A stretch of 64,000 nucleotides of DNA from Chlorokybus atmophyticus. Lineage: Eukaryota; Plantae; Mesostigma and Chlorokybus algae. The notes below the pieces were generated by a model. It was not told the DNA's origin. It searched no databases and saw only the letters and a list, made by a program, of their open reading frames with translations. The stretch lies in NCBI GenBank assembly GCA_009103225.1, contig RHPI01001037.1, forward strand, positions 62,001 to 126,000, given 5' to 3'. Shown piece after piece: positions 34,349 to 48,200 of this stretch. Both the position numbers and the translations under genes were made by a program. Numbering within the stretch: the stretch's first letter is position 1; the number at the start of each line of letters is the position of its first letter.

Positions 34349-35399
34349 AGAGTCTGACACGCATGGAAGCTTATGAGACATAATAGCCGACATTGCAGGC
34401 TCAATCAACACGGCAGGCTGCACGGCGTTGATGAAGTGTTGATGAAGATTGCATAAGTTATACAGTCATGCAGTGCCGTCAACGTCGGAAGCATCTACAT
34501 GACTATATAGTTGCAAACCAAAGTATGTTATGAAAGCAACTACAAGAAAATTGTGTCAGGGTGTGGCCAGGGAGGGTGAACAACGCAACCACTGCCAAGT
34601 GCGAACAAGCAGTGCGGAAGAAATACACGCGCGCTCTAGGATATGCACACTGCAACGAAAAAAAACACTAAGCAAGCAGAGTGAGTGAAACAGCGTCTCG
34701 CGGCACTCAACGGGTTGAAAATAGTAAACCTACGTTGCCCTGACATTCATGTCGAATGCTCCGCAACATAGACTGGCATGTGCAACAATACTTACCAGTT
34801 GAGAGTAATGTGCACGCTTCAGCTGCGATAAAGGCCGTACACAAAACGGACCGCCCGCAGCGTTGACCAAGTCCGCAGCAGCAGCGACAACACACACAGC
34901 CGCAAAGGCAAAACAGCCCTCGTACACCTATAACAAGCCTCACACTCCACACAACCACAGACCTGACCCCCTCCCCTCGCACCTCGCCACCGCCACCGCC
35001 CACGCCACCGCTACTACCGCCGCCGAACCACGCCACCTGTGGCTGAAAACCCTAATGTCAAATTCCAACATTGGAGCATGCATCAATGCATAGCAGTGGT
35101 AATGCCTCTCAGCTTTTGGCGCGTTTTTCCACGGGGGCTGCCGCTTGCTCCCTGCGGCGGCGACGGTGGAGACGGCGGTGGTGGAGCTGTTGCCACGCTG
35201 AGTACTGTTGGTGGAGTACATTGGATTACCTGTGAGGGAAGCTTTGTTGCGCTTGTTTGTTGAGCTGAGGCTGTTGATGTGGTAGTACTGGTGCTTGCCA
35301 TGCTGGGTGGTGAGATCAGGGAGGGCGGGAGCTAGCTAGACAGTGGCTGTGTGAAGAGCTAGCCTGCCTGCATGAGGGTGGTGTCGCCTGCTGTTTGTC

Positions 35400-38300
35400 A
35401 TGCACAGGTTTGATGGTGGTGGGTGGTATCCACGCGCCGGCTCCCCTGCGGCTGTGCGCGGGAACGCGCCACCCACGGGGCTGCTGAACGGCGACTACAT
35501 GGGCGACAGCGATTCGGAGGACGACGACGAGTACGACAGCATGACAACTGACGAGGATGACGGTGGCGCCCTTGCTGCTTACTTTGGCTACCCCGGGCTA
35601 GCTATGGGAATGGATAATGAGGAAGATGATTCAGAGGAGGATTACAGCAATGATGAAGTGGTCAGCGACGCCGAGGATGATTACGACAGCATAGAGGAGG
35701 AAGAGCGCCGTGCTGAGGTAACAACCGTAAATCGCCATTGGGCGAATTGACAGTGTGGGGTTGTGTACAATAGCAAGCCAAGCAGCGGCATCTGTACCAC
35801 TGTTTGACACATTGATTCTCCACGTGCATGGTGGCTCATGCACGGGCGGTATGGTCAGCTCCTCAAGTTGCGCACTCTGTTGTGTGAGGGCGGCCATAAG
35901 TGGCACTGAAGCAACATAGAGATGCTTTCACACAAGCCAATGCTACATGCAGTTGATTGGTTCCATGGCAGGCGTACTATGGTAACGATTTTCCAAGCTC
36001 TGTCACGGACAGTGAAGATAGTCATGGTGCGCGGCTCAGTCCGGAAGTGGATGCTGTCTTTGAGGACGAGCATGGCGATCTTAGCGGATGGTACTGCAGC
36101 AACTGTACAGAACCCAATGTGGAGGCCGCTGAAGAATGCACCTTCTGCGGCAAGCAGCGTGGCGAGCTGGTTCTGCCACCAGACTCTCTTGGGGTAATGC
36201 GTACACTGTGGTGTTAGCAACTGCATCACGCCACACTTCATGTAATTTGCAAAATATACGGGTTTGTTTCTCGCATACCGCATGCATGTCGTTATAACAG
36301 CTTGCCACACCATGCGGTTGGCGTTGTTTGTCCTCTTTGCTACATAGATTTCGTGTCGCAAACAGGAGCGCCACCCTCAATTGCGGCCAACGGTGGTTGG
36401 CTACGACATGCGCATGCTGTTGCATACCGAAGGGAAGTCAGAACCACATCCTGAGAGACCTGACAGGCTGGCTGTGCTCATCGACATGTTGAAGCAAGAA
36501 CGGCTGTTGCCAGGTGTGCGAAGCCGTGTCATAGCGTGCTTTGGATTCGTGTCTGTAGCCCTGGTTCTGTCACCAGCAGGTCAGACTTGTCTTGAGTGTG
36601 CATGGTGGCGACACGTGCAGTTTCTTTGCAGGAAGGTGTAGGACAGTTCCATCACGAGAAATACGCATGGGGGAAGTTGCCTTGGCTCACAGCGTGCAGC
36701 ACTTTTATCGTGTAGAGGTGAGTAGGACTGCGTTGGTCGGCTCAGTGTGTGCACTCGTAGCGAGTTTGTTGATCATCACCTGACATGGTGCTTGTGGTAG
36801 GCCACCAGCACCGCTGAACTTACATACTTCACTCCGGACACGTATGCAAATGCGTATTCCGCACAAGCTGCACGCCTGGCCGCAGGCACAACAGTAGATG
36901 TTGTAAAGGAGGTTGTCAGCGGGAAAGCTGCTAACGGCTTGGCGCTTGTGAGGCCGCCAGGCCATCATGCAGAGTCCGCTGCTATCATGGGGTTTTGCTT
37001 ACACAATAACGTGGCGATAGCCGCCAAGGTTGCACAAGAGAATGGCGCTAAGAAGGTGAGGGCCGATGATGTTGACAGTGGTTGCGAGTGCAATGATATA
37101 TGCATGCTGCGTTGCACTGACCGCTTGTGTTGCTGCTGATCGCATGTTTTACGCACAGGTTTTAATCATTGATTGGGATGGTACGCGCCAAGAGGTTTTA
37201 AGTTGTTTTCTAATGCTATATAAGCTTGCGCATAGGTACTGATGTGCTCTTGACAGTGCATCATGGCAATGGCACCCAAGAGATTTTTGATTCGGACCCA
37301 ACAGTTTTGTATGTCTCACTACATCGACACGATGGAGGGATGTTCTATCCGGGCACCGGTGCTGCTGATGAGGTACCCTACTGAGCATGCTTTGATAATC
37401 TAGCCTTGGTGCTGGTATATATCACGCTGAATGGAACTGGCACAGGTTAACAGAGCATTGTTATCCTGAAACAGATAGGCACAGGCCCAGGACGGGGTTA
37501 CTCAGTCAACATACCATGGCCGTGTGGGGGCATGGGTGATGCCGAGTACATAACTGCCTTTTGCAGGGTGATTCTACCCATTGCATACCAATTTGTACCA
37601 GATGTAGTACTAGTTTCGGCTGGATTTGATGCTGCAGCAGGCGATCGCATCGGTGGGTGTTCTGTTACGCCTGCTGGATATGCTCACATGACTGCTCTGC
37701 TCAAGCCCCTTGCTGCGGGCAAGTAAGTGGTCCCCCACCCACCCCGTATTCCATGCACACGCACAAAGGTTACATTTCTTAGTTGTCACCCACAAGTGTC
37801 GGGTTTTGATGTAATCTAGAAATAACTTGCACATATGCTCTGATATCTGTTCGAGGTGGTCTCGAGGACTAAACTGAACGTACCTTGCCTTCTGAACAGG
37901 ACAGTGATTGTCTTGGAGGGAGGGTATAATCTACGCTCACTAGCCGCCTCAGTAGCGGCATGTACAAAGACCCTGTTAGGAGACCCCTTGCCTCCTCTCA
38001 CGCTTGCAGAGCCGCATCGCGCGTCCAATGTGGCCATCACGCAGGCGGTCATCGCCTTGCTGCCCTACTGGCGGTTCTTAGGTGCCCGCATGACTACTCC
38101 AGCACCCATCCGATCTCGCACGCAGGGCTTTGCACATGTCCAAGCTTCAGCAGAACAGCCAGCAGGCACGTCAGCTGAGCCTCGCAGCCCGCTTAAAGGT
38201 ATTTCATCATGCTGCTTGCAGGGTCTTTGTCATTGTTGTTGCTGTTGGCTTGCTAAATCGCTGCCCATGTCAACTGTGCACATTACTGTTGTTTGCTGCA

Positions 38301-38456
38301 GAGAACGGTATGCATGTCAAGATGCCTGTGCCCTCCGAAACTCCTGCGCACATAGTTGGCGCGGGAGCCAACGAGGTGGAGTGGCCAGCAATGTTTCCGA
38401 CTTGGCAGTTCTGTCGGAAGTCGCATCTTTTGACGGCCTTAAGCGAGTTTGCTTAA
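35400..38456 (+). CDS. HDA15: Class II histone deacetylase with RanBP2-type zinc finger (HDA15-like); start uncertain
   Basis: Acidic N-terminus, [21 protein letters not shown] zinc finger, [37 protein letters not shown]|[24 protein letters not shown] and VLEGGYNL. Confidence 0.9.
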
Positions 38457-39068
38457 AGCACAAAACCTGTAGCTGCGATAAGCATATAGTTTGCACGGGG
38501 TGCTGGGTCGCACATGCTACAGATGACAGTGTCTGTATGCTCTGATATGGCAGTACATAGCTGCTTGGGAAATGCTGCAAGCGTGAGTGTCGTCATCGAC
38601 TGCCGTGGTCCAGCTCTACTCGGCACTTGGCGCTGCTGATTGAACTATGAGAGGTTGCAACCTTCATGGCATGCTGGACTGTCCTCGCCACTTGCAAGAT
38701 GCATGTTGGCATGCCTGGGGGAAAGTCTGTATGCATGCAAACACTGATACACAGTGGAGCCCTGCATGCTGAAATTGCAATCAGCCTCAATCAATGATAT
38801 GACTTTGCTGGCAATCATGCAGTTCCTAGGCTCTGAGAATGACATTGCAGGGCTCTGCAGGCGACACGGCAAGCTCTGCATGGCTCCATGGAATTCCAGC
38901 AGCTAGTTGCCACAGTGTGCACGGTCTACTCTGCCGAACTACATGCAGGCTGCACTGTGTTGCAACATGATCAAGGCCTACAATGATGCATTCGTGGTCA
39001 TAACAATGTTGCGCATTGTGGCCTTTCACCGCAAGCCATAGGCATACATAGATATGGTAATTAACAGC

Positions 39069-42000
39069 TCAATGGGTATCAAGAGGGCCATTGGGCTGTT
39101 CAGAGACAGTTACACTGTCCAAAGCTTCTGTCCTATCTTCCTGCTCTAGCCTAGGGGGTGGTGGTGATGTGGGTCGTTTACTGTACTCTTCAGGCGGATC
39201 GGCGTGCGTTCCGTTCGGCAGCTCAGACACGCCGTATGGTATTCGGGTGAAGGGATGACAACGATCAAAAATGATGCGCCCGCCGCGCCCAACACGGCCG
39301 ACGCAATGCTTTCTTGATGCCACCGCCGTTATCAAGGCACTCGCAACACCTGTACTCTCCAAACGGGCATCGTCGAGAGGCATCGCAAAAAGCATCTCAG
39401 GCTCAAAGGGAGGTGGCCTAGCAGGCACGATCTGCAAGCCAGCATGGAGAAGTCAGTGAAACACATGCATTAAGTTGATGTGTACTGCCATGCCAGCACT
39501 CATTGACAGCAGAGACTGCAACAATTCAATGCAAAAAACTTGTCGCGCAGGGTCTTACCAATGCGCCTGTCGGCCTTCCTTTGGGCAGCGGCACTCGCCG
39601 CCGCTTGCGTTTGTGCGTGGCGACCTGTTCGTGCGCATGCTCTGCTGCGGTTGCAACCGGCGTGCGCATCGCAACAACGCGCTTCGGTTCAAAAATGTGG
39701 CCGTTGGGGTATGCGCTGGTGGGCGCGCGCTCCACCTGCGTTGGCCTTGCGGCAACGGCGCCCGACCCGCGCGAGTCGGAGCGGGCACGCGCCGTGCCCT
39801 TCCGCTGCGCAACCTCCGCTGCCACTTGGGCCTCCATCTGATCAATCTCTGCTCGGCTGTCATGCTGAGCAATGGTGATTGTCAATAACTTTGTGATTAA
39901 TACCAATCACCAACTGCAACATCTGCTGCTGCAGAGCGTGCACAAATGCATCTAAGCATGGCAGCTATAACCTAGGTAAGCAAAATGGTCACCGCTTACC
40001 CGTAACCGAATCTGAAGCAGTTGCACCTCACACTCGTTTGCAATAACTTCCTTCTTTTTCAACTCGCGCTGCAACGCAGAAAGACATGCATTTGAACCTG
40101 TCTAGCTGCGTAGCATGAAGGTGTAGAGCGCACATGGCTAGCGAGAGTGAGAACCTTTCTCACCTTATGTACAGTATCCAAAAGAAGGCGTGCGGCTTCC
40201 AGATTTTGTCGCACCTGCGAAGCACAACGGCCTTAAGTGGTGCACATGCATTGCAAGTACAAGAAAGCACTGTGTTCAGTTGGACTGGTTGCCACAATAG
40301 CGTCTTGCGGTGGCAGAAAGGCGCTTACTCTTTGTAGTTTCTGGAAGGACGGCACATCATTCTCCCTTCTTTGCATCTGCACGCGCACGAGAACCAGTGG
40401 TCTATACACTGTTTCATTCATTTGTGAGTGTCACACGTGAGCGCCAAGCATCATTACGCACTTACCCGCCGAGTGTGCGGTCGCTGAACACGCTCTCGAG
40501 GCCGGAACACATTAAACGGGTTTGTGTCGGTGGCCGCAGGTTGGGGCTGCACATGATGCGAGTGTGGTGCGTGAGTCAATTGACGCAACGGGAACAAAGA
40601 GCAAATGAACACGCGGACGCGTTGCGGCAAGCTAGCTAGTATAGAATCAACTGACCCAAAATCGTCGCAGCAATGGCTTCTGCATTCGCTCCCTCTGCAG
40701 TACAGCAGTTGATCAACTGTAAGTGTGCATCAACATGACCGCGTGCACGAGGTGAGTGAGCCCACTCTCACGCTCTCTTCTATGTGCTCAGCATCCAACA
40801 GCATGCTGCATGGCTTTGCTGCTTAACTTAACATGCTTATACACGCGGGCGCACCTTTGCAAGCCAATAATCATACACAGCGGTCAATACCGCTTGTCGA
40901 GCACCATAGCCTCGCAGAGCCTGCCACATGCGCAGAGCTGCGTTATAAATCAACACAGCAACGAATGCACAATAGATAATCATGCAGACCAAGTATATGG
41001 CGGATGCAGCCTGCTTTCGCCATACCTCAAACGCTACATCCCTGCCCAGCATGATTGAAACAGTCGAGTTCACCGCCGATCCCATCGGCATCACTCCCGG
41101 TGGGCCTGGCCCGCGATCCTGGCACTTGGCTGCTAGCAAGTCCAGCCTGAAGAGCATTGCTTCAAACCTGCACGAGGACACAGTAACAGTCACACATAAG
41201 CAAGTTGTTGCCCCCAAGACGTATGTGACACACAACAGTGCAAGCCGCACAGCATGTGCTCCTGCAAACACCGATTTGTGCAGTTGTTTGCTTTTTATCA
41301 GCTCACAACTTGCAACCCCATCACAAGACATGACTTCTGTTTGGCAGCATTCATGCTTGGAAGACAGACATACTTTTCCGGAGCAAGCAGTCTTCGTTCT
41401 TGATTGAGCTGTGCAAGCCAGTCTTCATCATCATCATCTAGATCGTATTCAATATAATCGCCTATCTCCGCACGAACTGCACAACCACAATCATAAATAC
41501 GCATTCGCATTGACATGCGCCCAGTGTACATGACTGCTCACCTCCTGCAGAACGAACGTAAGATGGCGGCTGTACAAATGTGGCCTTATAATCAGTGGTG
41601 TAAGTCTCCACTATATCACAATCTGGAGTGGGGATCTCCTTCCCCCCCTTCGTATCGCTTGTAGTGAGCACCTGCAGTCATCACAGCAATGTCATCTGAT
41701 CTATCAACTGCGTGATGAGAAGGGCACATGGACAACTTTTGAAAATCTGACATCAACGCGCATTGCATGACGTGCAAATGCAAGATCGGCTTGTACTGAT
41801 CTGAATCGAGAAGCGAGCGTCAATGTGTTCACAGCATCTACTCTAGATAAGAAGCATGTTTGTGCATGCTCATGCATGCACAAAATACAAACGGCAACGG
41901 AACTTACGGGTTGTGCGATCAATGCTTGAATCCAGCATGCGCAGTGCTACAGCAAACAGGCGCATTACGCATGACATGCTCACACAAGACAAAAACCAAA

Positions 42001-42361
42001 AGCATCTTGTCAACAACCCTCACAAGATGCCGCATGCAAGTTCACAAAATGCAGCATATATGTTTGCTATGAACGTGTGATACCACGAAGAAACCAACTT
42101 ACTTCACATGCGCAAGCGAAACAGCCTCACAACATGCAGTGTACACGACTGACCAGCAACATGCAGCACACCGAACGGAATGCACTGTACAACGTCAAAG
42201 GCATGGCGCACCTCCTCATTGTCTGCGTCCAGCGCAACATGCGCATGATGAACCATGCGAGACACGCCGGCCTCCTCATTGTCAATATCCTTGAGGGAGC
42301 GGACAATTGGCAGCTTCTTGTGTATGTCCAGCGGCCTGGGACGGAAGGAGAGGCGGCTCAT
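39069..42361 (-). CDS. EPL1: Enhancer of polycomb-like protein (NuA4/TIP60 subunit)
   Basis: The N-terminus MSRLSFRPRPLDIHKKLPIV is followed by EIPTP, YTTDYKATFVQPPSYVR, EYDLDDDDEDWLAQLN, FEAMLFRLD and VYDYWLAK, all characteristic of EPC/Epl1. Confidence 0.92.
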
Positions 42362-44127
42362 AGTGGAAGGGGAGGGGAGTGCAGCAAGGGAGAGGGCTAG
42401 GGGGCAATTAGGGTTAGGACTCCCTCACAGGCCAGCCGGCTGGAGCCTTTGCTGTCGCAGGCGGCGGTTAGGGGTCAGGAAAATAACCTGTAAGAGTGGC
42501 CAAGGAGGTGTAACAACCACCTGACAGAGCTACTGTCAGGTGCCATGCTGGTCTTGCTCCGTCCCTGCCAGGACGGCAGGGACCCTCCCCCAGCTTGCCG
42601 GGCTCAGCGAGCGAAACCCTAATTGTAATTTTCAAAACCCTAATTGTTCAAACCACCACACTCGCACGACACCCGTTTACACGTCGCGGCAAAGGCGACT
42701 CTCCCGCCGGCTGCCCTGAACAGTGACATGAAACCGCACCCTCGATATACTGACGCACACAGGCATACCATGAGTTGTCTTGAACCAGTTGTCTTGTACT
42801 TTGTGCATTGGTTAAATTCAGCTCATTCGTTGAAATTGTATTCATAAATGAGACCATTCACAGGGAACAGAGGGGCCACAGTCTGTGGCCCACGGCACAG
42901 TGCACGCAGACAATCAATTAACCATAACCATGAGACAAGCAAGCCACAAAGCCATCAACTTAACTACGAGAGTCGTACCCATGTCCATGCAAAAATGCAA
43001 GGCAGCAGGTAATGAAAGTTGAGGTAACCCCTGTCAAATTACATGTCGATGGATAGAGGCCTTTAGAGGTTCAACTTAAGATGGCAATGGGAAATACAAG
43101 ACAGCGACGACAATCACTGCAATGCCAACGATGATGATGACAATCAGCCTCACTATAAGCTTCATGATATGCATGTTACCATGTACATCACGGGTATTAC
43201 GTATGTAAAGTGACATCGGGTGTCAATTCACATATGTAATGGTTACGCAGGTTTTGTTGTAAATTTTATTAAAATGTTCTGTAAGAGAATTCATATAAAA
43301 GCTTGAGATACATGTACTTAGCGGAAAAAAACCGCGGGCAAATATGAGACAGACGATTATTGATATAATATTAATGACTATCTAGACAACGCATGCTACC
43401 CACCAAAAGTCAATCGTAAGCTGCAAACCAAACTTGGCTAAGGGGCGGAGCGTATATGCGGGACATGCGATTCATGCACATTCAAGCACGTAGCACAACT
43501 TGTAAATGCCTCGAGTGTGAAGGAACTGCTGATGTTTGCCTTTCTGTCATGTCGGCGATATTACTTGTGTGCAATGAGTGTGTATATATGACTGGTATCA
43601 CTTACATAAGACGGAAACACGAATTACAATCTCTCCGCTATTACCATACGTATATGGTAGCATATGGAGAATGGAGGGGCCCCAATCAGCAGCATACACA
43701 CTGCATCCAAGCCATTATATTCACACCATCAACACCACCTAACCACATACAACAATTAGGGGTGCTGAAACTAAGTGCAAATGCAATGGTTGGCGAGGCA
43801 AGGGCATGCAGGCAAGTAAGGACCGCCGGGAAGAGAAAGGGAAGGGTTGTGTTTGCAGAGGCGCACATCATGGCTACCTGATGCAGCAATGCTTAGAGCG
43901 CTAGCCTTATAACAATAATACAGCACGCACCGACTCATAGCATCAGTAGTGTTGAGTACTCATAACGCAATTGGCACACCGATAAACTTAATATTGCTTA
44001 TGTTGCTCATGCCATACAAGTCATTATGCCCAAGAGCGCGTGGATGGTCAGATTCAATAGCTATACACACCCCATTATCACGTAGATGGCAAATACGTAT
44101 TTCAAATGAACACCCCACACATGCACA

Positions 44128-45196
44128 TGTGAGGGCTCTGATTATTTCATTCAGTGAACTAACAGTTGATTACTTGTGAACTAACCCAAGTGAACTATCA
44201 ACGAGAACTATTTAGTTCAGTGAACTAATTAGGCAAGTGAAATAATCTTATCAGTCGCGGGTGCTTTGGAAATATGCGACACTTGTGCATTTAAACATGC
44301 ACCCCTCATTACAGTCACCAACTTTAGGCGTGTGAACAACCGATCTCAGATAAAGGGGATTACTACCCAATTAGCTTTCCTACAACAACTAAGTTGTAAC
44401 CAAGTGAATCACAAGTATACCATCTTAATATAAGTGTGAATCATTCGGTACCTGGAAAGACTTTGATATGGCGTTTCCCTTGAATGGCCTCTCTCCGATC
44501 ACCCAAGAACTCTAACCCTTAGTACCAGCCTTCACTCCAATAGAGCTCCGCTTGCCACCCACTGAAGACAACTGAATGCCGACTACTTGGCACTGCCCCT
44601 TTATATACTCCGGGGTTTCTGTGCCTTTGTTAGTTCATTACGCCCGATCGGACCCTCGAAAACTATTTTTCCGAAGTGCCAACGCTTTTGGGTGAACATC
44701 GGAAATCTATTCTGAAGTTCGACCCCTACTGCGATTCACCTATGTTCGTAACTCTCAACCTAGGCCGACATCACTTTCGTTCAACCTTCCTATACAGGAG
44801 TGAACTAGTAGTGCGGAAATCCCTATGTTGATTTACGACATAGTTCGACAATCCCCAACCTCGAGAATTGTATTAGGTCGGAGTTTTCGATGGTACCTAC
44901 CATTGTCGTAACTCCGATAGAGAGGTACCTTTTAGGTACTTCATCTATTCCTGCATTCTATGCTCAGTGTATTGGCGTATGTCGCTTTAACGCCATTACT
45001 TTAATACTTAACGGTCAATGGATTCCGTGGTCTTAACATTGTGTTAAGATACCTCTTTAATCCATTACATTTCAAGGACTCTTAGTCCATAATAGTAGCT
45101 CGATTTTTTCCCATTAACTCTTTAACGGTCAATGCAATCCAAGGTCTTTTTATTAGGGTCGTAGCCATTAAGCTGTCACGTCAGCCAAGTACCACA
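44128..45196 (-). repeat. 3' LTR of the chromovirus
   Basis: Direct repeat of 49940-51008, adjacent to the polypurine tract. Confidence 0.95.
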
Positions 45197-45214
45197 TACC
45201 TCCCCACTTGTTCC
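45197..45214 (-). promoter_or_regulatory. Polypurine tract
   Basis: GGAACAAGTGGGGAGGTA on the minus strand immediately precedes the TG of the 3' LTR. Confidence 0.85.
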
Positions 45215-48200
45215 TTTGACGTCCTCGTCAAACTCACTTAGTCGATAGCCGCAAAACTTAGAGTTGATCAGACCCTAAGACGGCATACCTCTTTTCGGGT
45301 ACCCTACTGGAACAAGCTTAGCTCAGTTTCGGGGTATATCCAAGATCAAAGGGACACCTTGGCTGTATTATTTCTCCCTATACTTGGTCAATCGTACGCA
45401 CGAATTGATCACGTAAATCGTTTAATGACTTTAGAGAAACCTCTCTGATACTCGAGTGTTGTGCTCCGCACTCAATCCCTTTAATTTAACGAGATACTCG
45501 GGAACGCGTTGTTGGCCTCGGGGACAGCGAGCTAAGATCGCTTTTATTACGTACCCAATTTCCCCTTCTACTTCGGGCGGTGGTTGTCTTCGACCATCCG
45601 TTCCATATTCCTTCAAGAGAGATACATGGAACACATCATGTATCTTCCACGGAGTGGGTTTCTCTGCAAGCTTAAGTTGATAAGCGACTTCCCCAATTCG
45701 CTTAAGGACTTGCATGGGTCCTAGCCATCGCGGCCACAACTTTTTCTGGTCACGCCATTTCTTAAGCCTTAGGTTTTTCGTACTGAGCACAACAAGTTGC
45801 CCAATACTGAACGCTACTTCACGGCGGCTTCTATCGGCGTAAGCCTTTTGACGGCTTTGGGCTTGTTGCCATGTGTACCATCATGGTAAACCAGTCGATA
45901 AATACAACTATTGTATTATAACCGCTTTTGGTCTCTGGCATTCCCTCATTCATATCTATGCCAACTGAAGACCAAGGTTCTTTTAAAATTTGCAAAGGAA
46001 CTCAAGGGCCGGCCTTATGTTTATGTGAGGATTTTTTTTTTTTGGCAATAATGACAATTTGCCACATAATTCTCCACATCTTTTGAAACAGTAGGCCACT
46101 CAAAGGTCCTCTTTGCTAACTGAACGGTTTTCTTTTCGCCAAAATGCCCGCGATAAGGCGGGTCATGCAATTCGGAAAGACATGCGCGCCTTAACTCGGC
46201 GTCGTTAGGTACAACCACTGCGTTGTCTTTATACCATAATTCATTTTCATGAATTAGGGTGTCCTTTTCCAAATTCGCGAACCATTCATCGCTTGGGTAT
46301 AGTTCCTTTATCTTCTCTTCAAAAGGAACTGACCAAATATTGAACCTTTCCGTAAAGGTCACCGCGACTAAGTGGGGTCCCCTACTTATAAGTCCGCCAC
46401 ATTCATTCGACCTGGCTTATATTGCCATTGAAAGTCGAATCGCGATAGGAATTCAACCCACCTAGCTTGCCGCCTTGACAAGTTGGGTTGTTGCGGAAGA
46501 TATATGAGAGGGTTGTGCTCAGTGATGACCATAAACTTTACCCCTTCCAAGTAACACCACCACCGAGTGAGTGCATGAATTACCGCTAATAATTCTTGCT
46601 CGGTAGTAGTATAGTTCCTTTCCGCATCAGTAAATTTATCTGGATCAAACGCCACCGGTCTCCCTTCTTGGAGTAATACTGCACCAGTACTTACTATGCT
46701 GGCGTCAGTAATAACTTTAAATGGCTTTTTTAAGTCCGGTAGAGTTAATACTGGCGCTTGTAACAAGGATTGCTTAATCCTTTGAAACGCCGATTTACAA
46801 ATTAGTCCCAATTCCACTTGGCACCATCACATAGTAACTTGTGTAATGGCGAAGGCATGGTTGAGTAGCCCACCATATATCGGCGAAAGAAGCCCGTAAG
46901 TCCCAAGAAACGCCTCAACTGAGTCGCGTTGTTTGGTCTTGACCAGTTACGAACTATCGCGACTTTCGCGGGGTCGGCTTTTACCGAACCATTACCGATA
47001 ATATGTCCTAAGTAAAAGACCTCTTTCATAAAGAATTGGCACTTCTCAAGGCACGCAAACAATTTGTGCCTTCTCAAGGTTTCAAACACCAACTGTAGGT
47101 GATACTCATGTTCTTCTTCATTCGCTATAGACCAATATATCATCTGGATATACTAGCACAAACTTATTGATAAATGGTGCTAGTATGCGGGTCATAACCG
47201 CTTGGAATGTAGCGGGGGCATTTGTTAAGCCGAAAGGCAAAACCTTATACTGATAATGCCCTGTTGGTGTTCTGAAACCAGTTTTGGGGACATCCTCTGG
47301 TGTTATCCGAATCTGATGATACCCCGCTGTTAGATCAAGGGCACTAAAAACGTTCGCCTTCCTCAATTGATTAAACATGTCGTCAATTTTGGGAATAGGG
47401 TACTTGTTTTGTATCGTGTTCGTGTTTAACGAACGATAGTCTACGCACATGCGTAGCCCTCGACCATGTGGCTTTAGAACAAAGAGAATAGGTGCCGCAT
47501 ACGGTGAAGTACTTGGTTTCATTAATCCTTTTCCAATAACCCACTCAGGTTCTTTTCCATCTCCGCAGATTCTATAGAGTGGTCGCGTCGGGGGAGGCGT
47601 CTCATCCTTAAATGGGATGTATGCCAAATCTCTCTTTCCGGTGGTAACATAGGAAGTGTGTCTATGAAAAGGTCTCTATTCCTTTGTACCATTGGAGGTA
47701 ATGTATGCAACAGTACCTCCCCTTCTAACTCCGGGGATGATTCTTCTTGGTAACTCACCATTGCAACTACTCGCGCTAGGTTACATTGCGCTACTAAGTA
47801 ATCGTGAATCCTCATCTTCGGAGTTCTTATTTTCTAAGAAAAGGGTAGAGTGAATATATGTTCACTCTTTTTAACCCGACATGTTCTTTTCTCAAATTCC
47901 ATTACCGATTTGGTTTGACATAACCAACTGGTACTAAGTACCAATTGCAAATTCTGTATTTGCATCATTATAACTTGGCATACTATCATTTATAATAAAG
48001 GTATAATCGCCTAATTGGACTTTCACTTCTACTTGGCCCAAATTCGGTGAATTTACACCGCTTATGTCCGCATACAAGTCCGAAGTGGTTTCTACTTTCA
48101 TACTTTGGACTAAGCGGCGATCGATTAAATTCTTGGTTGATCTTAAGTCAACTAAGACTCCTATTTCGCGACCTAGCGCTGTACCTTCCAAGGTACTTAC

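Noticed and set aside
35400-42361. A histone deacetylase (HDA15) next to a NuA4 acetyltransferase subunit (EPL1) as a possible chromatin cluster
   Set aside because: The genes are convergent, share no promoter and are ordinary conserved genes. Adjacency alone is not evidence.
42700-44127. AT-richer stretch with ORFs of up to 141 aa upstream of EPL1
   Set aside because: No recognisable motifs, splice-consistent exons or element termini were found.
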